Below, in pieces: positions 42,108-52,287 of a stretch of 64,000 nucleotides of DNA (its first letter is position 1; each line of letters opens with the position of its first letter). The stretch comes from Chlorokybus atmophyticus (Eukaryota; Plantae; Mesostigma and Chlorokybus algae). The DNA lies in the NCBI GenBank assembly GCA_009103225.1, contig RHPI01003124.1, positions 249,757 through 313,756 on the forward strand. The letters run 5' to 3'. The notes below the pieces were generated by a model. It was given only the letters and a program-made list of their open reading frames with translations. It made no database searches and was not told where the DNA came from. A program made the translations under genes and the position numbers.

Positions 42108-43104
42108 TCATTATCATCATTGCATTGTTGGTATATGACTGCTGCCATGACTGTCAACATAATGATTTGAAGTTGTGGTTTTTTTAGCGGGCCTGTTGTG
42201 GCGATGGTGCTGGCGAAAGACAACGCCATCAAGGACTGGCGTGCGCTGGCGGGGCCAACCAACTCCAATGTTGCACGTGAACAAGCACCCCAAAGGCGAG
42301 CAAGAAACCAACTGGCCACATGCTTGAGCGTTAGTAATACTGTAATGAACCCAATCAGTCTGCCACAGGCACTCAAGCAACAGCTATCTCCTGATCGCAT
42401 GTAATTAATATGATGCCACTGTTCAGCATACGAGCTCGCTTCGGTTCGGACGGGCAGAGGAATGCCGTGCACGGGAGCGACTCACCCGTGAGCGCGCAGC
42501 GAGAGATACGCTTCTTCTTCCCACAATGTGAGCAAACGTTCTACCATTACAACCTGACACAGCCATTGTGGTTTCTCAGACTCTTTCCCTTTTCACCAGT
42601 GCTTCAGGACCCTTTACCCACTGGCCCCCAAACCCAAGACTACATCACGCGCGTGCTGCAGCCGACGCTCACCAAGGCCCTCACAGCCCTGTGCAAAGCG
42701 AAGCCGTCGTCCAACGGCCTCGAAGCCACCGTAAGTGGGATTGAACACGCGTGCATGTGCGTGTGCGTGTGCATGCATGTCTGCGTGCACGTGCGCGTGT
42801 GGGTGTGCATGAGAGTGTGCACGTGCATGTGTGTGCGTGCCTGTGTCACATACACATACAGACTAGCACCTTAGATATCAATATACACACCAACACCACA
42901 TCTGTACACATGTGTTTGTTCTCACTCTTTCCCTTAACACTGTTGTTGACTTGTGGTCCGTGTGCTGATATGCAAACTTGTATATCGTTTGTCCAGAGTT
43001 GGTTGGCGCAATGGCTCCTGGCTAACAACCCCAAGGCGCCGCGGGTGGAGAGCACGGAGGAGGAGGCTGATGTCAGAACCCCTACACCTGTGGCTGTGTC
43101 ATAA
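40871..43104 (+). CDS. NDK5: Nucleoside diphosphate kinase 5 (NME5 / radial spoke protein 23 type) with a C-terminal Dpy-30 motif
   Basis: [26 protein letters not shown]...FMS|[38 protein letters not shown]...REIRFFFP; Dpy-30-like [23 protein letters not shown]...[11 protein letters not shown]. Stop ends at 43104. Confidence 0.92.
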
Positions 43105-43850
43105 GGGTGTGAGTCTCAAGTTGGAAGTAGAAGTGACACATTGATATTCCATGTAGTATCGGTTACAAGTGTACATCGCATTGTTGCTAAGGTTGTGCAT
43201 AACGAATATGAGTATGAGATAAAGCTATGTCATGTCGTATGTGAGCTTTGCAGCAGGTTACAAAGTGAGTTGCTTTCAGCTTCTTTGCGTCTAGCATGTT
43301 GGTACCAGATGCGAAGAAGCGGCCATGTGCAGGTTAGTGCTCCTGCCGCCGTGGCAGCGGTCATTGCGCTGCGGAAGGCAATTGAAAACCAGGACAAATT
43401 ACACCACACCTGCGAACGCGCGCAGGTGCCTTCCGCTTCTGTTGTGCTTGTTATTCTGTACGCGATACACAGCGGCAACATCTATGCGCTGATAGATAAC
43501 GCACGTGCTCACACCCGCCTGAGGCAGAGTGATTACCAGTGCTGCTGCGTGCTGCCAAGCTAACCACAAGCTACATATGAGCTTGCCTGGAATAAAATCC
43601 AATAATACTAACACATCATCATGCTAGTTCATGACAAGGAACTCTTGTGGTTTCCTGTGAATGCGCAACTCTCATCAGTGCAAACATGCGCACGCAAGCA
43701 CATGCGCAACTACAACACACCAAAGCCACAGGAGGCTGTGGACAATGGCGTGGCAGCCAGTGGGAACAAGACAGTGGAGTGCTGATACACGAAGCTGTTT
43801 TCACAAGCAGCGTGTGTTGCAGGTTAAAGTCCCGTCTCATGTGTTCATCT

Positions 43851-46800
43851 TCACGGCTGTTTAGAGTGGTTTGTGGCTGCCACTGCCGATGCGGGTTCCG
43901 CCGTGTTGTCGCGTGCTACGCCTGGCAACAGCATCATCAGCGCCTGTCGCAGTTCCGCAAACTCCGCTTTCAGCTCCCATCTTTCTGCACTTGCCGTATC
44001 CGACACGTGCCTAAAATCGTGCCTAAGTTCGTCCTTCAGCTCAGCATGCGCGCTGGTTATATGTCTTTCCACCGCCTCGCGGTGCTGATCGAGAGCGGCT
44101 TGCAATGCGTGCATCTGTGTGCGCTGTGCAAGGAGCAGTTGTTCATGTTGCTGCTGCGAGTGCTTTATTTGCTGTATCTCGCGGCCGTGTTGTTGTTGCA
44201 TCTCTGATACTTCCTGCCATTCATACGTGAGCAGTCCGATATCCCGAGTAGCCGATCGTTGCATCACACTCAATGCCTCCAGCTTGCTTTCAATGAGGTG
44301 ATTGCGCTGCTGTTGTTGCTGTTGGTAGTCCAATATGTCGCTTTCAACCTGCATTAAGACAATCGGCCTAAGTAATGTGCATTCATGCTGGTGCTATGAG
44401 TGCAATGACAGTTCCGCATATGCGCACCTTGCAAAGCCGCTCGCGCTCGCACAAAATTAGATGTGCCAATTGTTTTTGAGGATCTGCATGTTTTGGAATT
44501 ACATAAGCATCATCATGTGGAACCATTTAGGTGCAGGGTATTGACGAAGACTAGTTGTACAAGCACCTTCATCTGCTGCTGGAAGTGCCGCAGGCGCTGC
44601 AGTTGGAGGTGATGCAGGCGCCGAATGGTCCTCAGGTGCTGCAATTGAAGGTAACAGGAAGTCATTGCGTACTGCAATCCAACTTGTTGGAAGCCAACTT
44701 TTAGGCAAGAACTAACTGTACTAGCATCCGCTGCCCAATGCACAGCTAGTAACTCAGGTAATCACACGTGGCAGTCAAGAGCAGGCATGTTGCATGCCAA
44801 TGTGTTGGGAGATGTGACTGGTACCTTCATTTGTGGCGTTCTTGTTTTCGGTGGTAAAGTTGGCAGCATCGGCAAAGAAGAGCTCAATGAGCCTTGATCC
44901 AACTATGCGTTTTCCGACAGCACGTGCGCCACAGTGTGAGATCCTGATGTGATATGACGTAAGCTTTCTCAGTGTGCCAAGACTTGTGACTGACCACAGC
45001 TTGATGCGATCAGCAGACAAGACAACGGCCGCAGCTTATTGTATAAAGCTGCACAACAGTAGTCGATTGGGCGTGGTCAAACTTTCAACTCCAGCCATAC
45101 CGAAGCTTGAGCTCTTACTTCTTGGGTTCGGCATCGTATGCGAGGAAATCAGCGCTCAGTACCGCTCCAGCGAGGGTGTCCTCCAGCCTACCAGTGGACA
45201 CTACTGATCACCAACTGCTGATGTTGCTTTGGTGCTTGGCCATTGCTTGTATACGTATACGGAGACCATGGAGCACTCTTGTTGACTACTAGCTTGACAC
45301 CCAATCATGCACAACTAACACTGTCACAGCAAAGCGACACGTACATTTCCTTGCCCACGTTTGCCATGGGTGCTGGCCGCATGTTCACGCCAGCTCTCGG
45401 GAGGGCTTGGCCTTTGATGCCCCCCGCAATCATCCCACAAAGGACCTGTCATACACATGTATCAGATCATCACCAGACTGCAGACATGTGATGTCATGGC
45501 ATTGACGAGACAACAGGGTGATTTGCTATTAGCGGCATGCTGAAGCAAAGTGGAACATCTCATGCGTACACATGTTGGTCATTACCAGGATGGCCGTTAC
45601 CAGGATGGCCTTTACTAAGAACGGTTCTTTCAGATCATGCCAGTGTTTCACCTGAGTTGCACATGCTCATCGACAGAGCATTGCAACTTGCCATACAACA
45701 ACTTGCAACATGCAGCGCCTTTGTTTGCAGAGACTATTGTCAATTCTCGCACATTGCATACTTGCATACATGATTCGGCAAGTCATTGCGACTGTTGACT
45801 GTGGTTGCCGTTCTCGCATTCTGCGCATAACGAACTACTGTCAGCGGGTGCATGCAGAGCCACTCGCTGATCATGCAAGGTGCACACCTCCAGTTCATTG
45901 TTAGCAGGAGTGAACAGGGCATCTGTAACTGGTGCCAACGCCGTCCGTGACGAACGATGGGTGCAGATTGGCAATGCTGGATCGCACGGTCCTGCCCGCA
46001 ACCTCCCATACGGCTGCTTGAAGCATTGCTGGCAAGCTCCTGTTTCTTGTTGTTGACTTATTGTCGTCAATGTCAGAATCGCACCATTGTCAAGTTCGGT
46101 AGGCGCTGTGGATGGACCAGCCTGTGCTTCCGGTTGACCATGATACAGCTCAGCCTGCACTACGGGTAGCTGCATGCCGTCAAGGATGTCGTAGGAGTTC
46201 GCTTCACTGCCATTGTGCCCTTCTGAGCCTGAGTCACCTCGTCCACCTGGTGGACCACCTGGTGGATCACCTGGCGGACCGCCAGGTGGACCACCTGGTG
46301 GACCACCCCTGCCACCTGGACCGCCCCGTAGCGTCAATGCCCAGGCCAAAGACTCAATTGCTAACCAAGGCGTGTAGTACGCTACAATGTGCTTGCGTCC
46401 GTACTTGTCGTCAGCATCAGTACCGTTGCCGTCACGCCTGTAGCAGGTACAGTTCAAAACAAGCACTTGGTTAGATACTGGTTGACAGATAGAGTTGATG
46501 CAGTCACGGCTTCAATGCTACAGCACCACTAGGTACTACTCATGTAGACAACCATCGGCAGCTTGCAGATGTACAGGCCTAGTGCACAACATCTTACTTG
46601 TTGTGGCGCAATGCGAGGATTAGGATCGTGTCCCGCATGCACTTGCCCAACCATGTGCTTGGATTGCTGCACAAGCAAGCAGCGCTAAGGTATGCTTCGC
46701 ACCAACTCAGAACATGATGTCAAGCATAATATCAAAGAACAGATGAACGTACATCCAACGGTTCGTATGAAAGCCTCTCAGCCGAGACAGGCTGTATGTA

Positions 46801-47460
46801 AGCAAGCCTGCGCCAGCGTACTTCCAACAGCAACTGGCTCGAATGCCGTGCTTATGCTTTCTGCAACCGGCACATCAGAGCGTTGAAACAGCACTTCATA
46901 TAAGAAGCCAAACACATAGCTTATCTCGATCATCACAATTCAGCACTGTCGATTACACGTAGGGCTGCACGGTGTGGAGTACATGTACTTCTCAATGTGC
47001 AGCTGACAGTTACATGGATGATCCCATGAATGCTGACATTGCTCTCACGCGATGCAGTAATAAACATGGGACGTTTGTATCACAAGGCTGAACTTGCGTA
47101 GCGCCAATTGAGCCTAGCTACCATCTGTAGCTAAACTAAGACAGTGCAGCTGCGCCAACAAGCTGGCTGGAATGCTGTCAAGGTGCAAGAAATCTTGATG
47201 CCTTCACTGCCTATCCAGTTCAAACTGATGGCAGAGTGAACAAAACCTTCGCTGCAAACTGTGGTGACATGCATGTACACGAAGACAGGTCATACTTGCG
47301 CTTGTGCGTTGCAGGGCGAGGCATCTTGCCGGGCGCCGATCCTTGCAGCGCCGCATGCAGCAGCCCATAGACGCGCCCGCCGACGATTCTAGCGACGCTG
47401 GCGAGAACGACCTGGCCTCCCTCGTCATCGCCCACGCCGCCATCCTCGCCGCCTGTGCTG
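43851..47460 (-). CDS. Putative multi-exon protein of unknown function (two candidate globular regions, Gly/Pro repeat linker, C-terminal coiled coil)
   Basis: A chain of phase-compatible GT-AG exons was reconstructed by hand, including 46666-46598, 46437-45888, ~44970-44823, ~44641-44569, ~44483-44428 and 44348-43851. The last exon is a long coiled-coil ORF (VESDILDYQQQQQQRNHLIESKLE...). The 5' end is uncertain. Confidence 0.5.
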
Positions 47461-47625
47461 ATGTGACAACAGGCAAAGCAGGCGCAGTGTTTAGGTTCAG
47501 TGCAGACATGCGCGCCGCGTCTGCCGGGCAACTGGCACAACCGGGCATCGCAATTCACCCTAAAGCTAGCTGCAGTGCGAGACAGTGCTTTGGTGCTTAG
47601 GCGCTGCGTGCTGGCGCTGTGTAGC

Positions 47626-47824
47626 TTTGCTTGACGTGACGTTGTGCTGCGTGCGTGCGGACGCGTTGTATTTGTTTTTAGTAGATATACATACTTTTGT
47701 GTCTGATTTTAATTATGTGTTGTTTGCTTGCTTGATGTGACGATGTGCTGAGTGCGTGGGGACGCGTTGTATATTTTTTAGTTTAGTTTAGTTTAGTTTA
47801 GTGTAGTTTTTAGTTTTTAGTTTT
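47626..47824. repeat. ~55-bp diverged direct repeat followed by (TTTAG)n/(TTTTTAG)n
   Basis: TTGCTTGACGTGACGTTGTGCTGCGTGCGTGCGGACGCGTTGTAT at ~47627 versus TTGCTTGATGTGACGATGTGCTGAGTGCGTGGGGACGCGTTGTAT at ~47728, then tttagtttagtttagtttag... Confidence 0.8.
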
Positions 47825-48030
47825 CGCTTGAGACCATGGAGAGGTTGTATGTCCAAGCTGAGCGCACTTGGCAATTGAAGGTGCCGCTGCTAGGGAAGCA
47901 GCTGTGCGCGGCTTGCTGCCTGCTGACACACCATTGCTTGCTGCTGCAGCGACATGGCTGGTAAGTGCGGACGTATGAACTCGTGGGTGCCATTGCCGTA
48001 GGAGTTCAAGGGTTGTGTGCCAACCCCCCC

Positions 48031-48115
48031 NNNNNNNNNNNNNNNNNNNNNNNNNNNNNNNNNNNNNNNNNNNNNNNNNNNNNNNNNNNNNNNNNNNNNN
48101 NNNNNNNNNNNNNNN
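48031..48115. other. Assembly gap (85 N) flanked by a C-run and a (CA)n run
   Basis: Direct reading. Confidence 0.99.
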
Positions 48116-48419
48116 ACACACACACACTATACTAACCCCACCCCACCTACCACCGCACACACACACACAACAGACACTACGCGCTGTGCAGTCAATGCCT
48201 TGCAGTGCGTCTGGTTCTGACGGAAGGTAGCTGGTTTGCTGCATTGCTCGTCGCAGAACAATTTATCTAGCAAGAAAGCATTGCTGTATTGGCAAAGCTC
48301 GTCAGTTTTGTTTGCTGCTCACTGGAGTCGAGCGCTGTGCTTGCGTGATAACTGCATCCCCTTAATCACACAATGACGTTTGCGTCATTGTCAAGGAGTG
48401 GCAAGAGGCAGCAGTCAGC

Positions 48420-50769
48420 AGGCTGCCACCGGCTTCAATGTACCAGCAAGCCCGTTGGTCAGAGCTGCTGCCCTGCGTTGGGAAGGAAACGCAAAGCTTC
48501 AACTGGTTGATTCATTCACTGCCATTTCTTTGAAACTCAGCAAGCTGGAGTCCGCCACGCGCCTGTACAATCAGGTGCGAGCCTAACTGAAGGCATTGCC
48601 AACTGCGCATGCATGGTTGTGCTTTGCTACAGGCTTGCAACTGCACAAGCAGGCTGCTGCGGAGCTTTTGACAGCACCCAAAGACTGCCCTTTGTATGCG
48701 GACGAGCATGCAAGCGTCCAGAAGAATTTGGGCGTGGCTCATTGGAAGCAAGCAGAGGTGGGTGTGGTATTGTTCGTGCAAGGCTTTTAACTTGCAACCT
48801 TGTCGGCTAGTGAACTTACGGCCCTACGCGCTCTTGCAGGTGTACATTGGAATGAAAGAGGCAACATCTGCAATTTATCACCTGAAAACAAGCATCTCTT
48901 CCTTCATTGCCGCAGGTGCATTGAACACTGCTTGCTATCTGGTACTATGTGAATGGCAGCAAGCTGGACTGCATTTTGCAACCCAGTGTGCTGACAGCCT
49001 CTAGTACTTGTCGCAGCACGTGATCGCACAGACAAGTTCAGCACGCAGTCATATGAGTGGCTGGTTAGCCTGCAATTACAGGTAGCATCCATCACCAACA
49101 AGGCTGCAAGCTTGCTGACTGATTGGTCACAAACTGCAAAGTTGAAGGCGCTACATCAGTTGACGGTTGCATTGCAGCACACATGTTTCCGCAAAGCAGG
49201 TGTGAACTAGATACTATCAACATGTGGCAGCACGCGCTAACACTTTGAAGGCAATCTGTAGAAGCAACCAACACCCATGCTTGTTGTTGGCAGCTGCGGT
49301 TGCTTGCAGAACATACGCGAGGCAGTTGTTTTATGCCGCCGTCACAACACTTGCTGAGGGCAGCTTGAGGACATGCCTGTCTTATATAGCTGAATGCCAC
49401 CGGCCGATAGAGTGCTGGCAACAAGTTGGCGATGAAGGCGATGCAGTCGAGGAACAGCGTGGTGACATTTACTTGCTGGTACGTGTGTTGCAAGGCATGA
49501 GCAGGCAGCTTTACGCTGTGCACATGTCCAACCACAACTGTGTACGTGCAGCGTTGCACCGCTGAGTCCATGCGAGCTCGACAGCAAGCTGACATCATGG
49601 TTGAAGCCGCCCTCAACGGCGAGGACGACCTCAATGTTGACATGTTGTGGCAAGCCATTGACAAGTACAAAGAGGCTTCGCTGCTTACACGTGAGCATGA
49701 CGTTGAGAACGAAGCCATAGCATTGAGCAGGTAGTGCTGGTGCAACGTTGCTGTCTGCAACAACAGTGGTACCAAGCACTGTACTCTTTGCACAGGTTGG
49801 GCAGAGTCTTCATGAAGGTGCTGAAGCTGGAGGAGCGCGGCAATAAGTATTGCGTGCAAGCTATTCAGCTGGCGCATGCGCAGCAGCCGCGCAATCTGTG
49901 CGATCAAGCATGGCTCGTGGAGTGCACTGAGCTCACCAAAGAGGTTCCTACTATTTAATGAGATAGCCATCACGTTGACAGCTACGTTGCTGTTTTGACA
50001 TCACACGTTGCTGCAGTATCGGCAGCGTAAGCTTGCACATGAAGCTGAAGAGCAGGCCAAGCAACGCGCCCCTATCCTTGAAGAATTGCAAGCTGTTCTT
50101 GATGTCATACGTGTGAGTATGCGTTCCTGTGTCAATATTGCAAGCCATGCTTGCAGACACAGCGAGTTTGCGTTGGCTGGCATTCAGTCACTTTGCTTGA
50201 AGCACAGCGTGTCTGTCTTGAGATTACCTTTTTGTGGCAGGCAAAGTCTCAGGAGTCTGGCGTTGCTCTTCTGCGGCACATATACCAGGTCTGGCTTTAA
50301 GCAAGTGCTATGTACAGTTATGTTCAGTGTCCTGCTGGCATACATGGCATCACGCTTTTATAAGGCATGCACATGTGTGCGTATGCTTGTGCGCACAACA
50401 TGCAACACACGTGCGCGCGCGCGCTGTCGCATTTTGTGCGCGTCTGTTGTGCATGCATGTGTGTTTCTGCGTGCTGACTGTGACACTCAGGTGCATTCTC
50501 CCAAAAACACCAATCAGAAGATAGGCAGCTTAGAACCCGAGTCCATGAAGAAAACCATGCAGTCAGCTATTATCCACTATCATCCGGACAAGAATTTAGC
50601 TTTTGGCAAACAATGGGAGGTGCGAACCAGTGCTTCACTCTTTAATATGACGTCACATTCAGTGCATCGCGCAATTAGACAAAACAAGCGTGCTTACACT
50701 TACTTTTGACAGGTCTTGTGCGAAGAGATCACCAAGGAGTTGACCGGCAAGTACGAGTACCTGAAATGA
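48420..50769 (+). CDS. Helical/TPR-like repeat protein with a C-terminal J-like domain (HPD motif), multi-exon; 5' end uncertain
   Basis: Exons encode ...HASVQKNLGVAHWKQAE..., LWQAIDKYKEASLLTREHDVENEAIALSR|LGRVFMKVLKL..., then HSPKNTNQKIGSLEPESMKKTMQSAIIHYHPDKNLAFGKQWE|VLCEEITKELTGKYEYLK* (TGA 50767-50769). Confidence 0.75.
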
Positions 50770-52287
50770 TGTATAAGAGGCATAGTGTTAGCAGCCATGA
50801 CAGATTGCAAGAGTGCGGTATAGGTGTATCCATATTATGCTAAAGTTAACATTTCACTTAATATATAGTATGCCGTTGTTGCAACTACATCTTATGTTAC
50901 AAGTGACTTCTTGCCATCATGGGCCCCAGCAATGCCATGCCCGTCCAACACTTCCAACCCAGGAACAATTGTCAGCACCTGAGTATAGCCACAACGCTGA
51001 TACACACAGACACGCGTGCCCACACACATACATGCGGGCCTGCATGTCTATACGCGCGCATGTATGCACACCCATGTGCGCTCGCGCATGCGAATAAATG
51101 CATATCATTGTCAATGATGTGTACGGCATGCATAAGGATGCAAGTGTGTATTATCTCAGTTACTTACATCGTGTTTTATGCCATCTAACCAGCAGCTAAA
51201 ACATTAACGAAACACAGCAGTGTGGCAAAGTACGGGTAAACTCGATGATATTAGACCGAGGGGCGTAACACATCCAAGCTACACTCCATTATACATACAT
51301 GATATCAATATAAGTAATGAACATGTGATGTGGTCGGTTCAGTATGTTATCAGTGATAACTTATCAGTGTAGCTTACCTGATTTTGTATGAAACATTACT
51401 TACTTGCACTTTCATATAGTGCATCTTGCAATCACATTGCAGTAAGATACTTGTCAATAACCATGAACATTCGAGTAGTTTCAATGATTTGAACCTTGCC
51501 GAATTATGTCCATGAATCGATAAACATGACATAGTTTTCCTTACAAGTGTGCAGCTTGAAGATGGAAATAGCGATATACATTTGCGTGGTTTTGATCATT
51601 CATACCCTGCCAAATAATGTTCTTAAATCGAAACCAACGGCATAGTTATCCTTTCATTTACAGGCTCCAGCTGCTGGTCAGTTCACATGAGACTAAATTG
51701 CCAGCACAGCAACAAGTGTACAATACAATGGCGTGCCACGTGGCTGCAGCAGCTTGCACCCCCTGACGACTAGCCCTGTCCACGTGGCAGATGACTGGGT
51801 TGGCGGCGGCGGCGGCGGCGGCGGTGTGACTGAGGCCATTTTAGAGCCTTCTTGGTTGCTTTGTTCAATAATAGTGCTCAGCGGCATTTCTTAACGTAGT
51901 AGTTAGGGTTTTTGTTGCCTCAGACGACTGAGCACAACAGCTCACTTCCTTGTGACGAGTGAATAAGGCTGCTTTTGGCCGGAAGCTTCTGTTGCATGTG
52001 TTGGAAATAGTCAGCTAACAGTCGTCTATTCACTTACCTTTACTACACTGTGTCACATGTGTCGGTGAGGACAGTCAGTTTTGCAGCTGATTCCCTCACT
52101 GGACTAGTGGCTTATCAGGTACTTGCCAGCAGCAGCGACGCTTCTCTGTAGCGGTAGACAACTAGGTAGGTAATATTATATCAGGTGTTCATACAGATGC
52201 TTGTATTCTAATACTGGCATAGAGTTGGACTCTTTGATACTCAACCGCGCTGATTGAGGGTGAGTTGGTAGGCACATTGCTGCCGAC

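Noticed and set aside
45575-45615. 15-bp tandem duplication TTACCAGGATGGCCG/T
   Set aside because: A small local slippage event; at most it creates an alternative donor in the unknown gene.
47204-47260. LQRRFCSLCHQF resembling the SBP-domain QRFCQQCSRF motif
   Set aside because: The other SBP zinc ligands and the basic nuclear localisation signal are absent; the match is too short to support.
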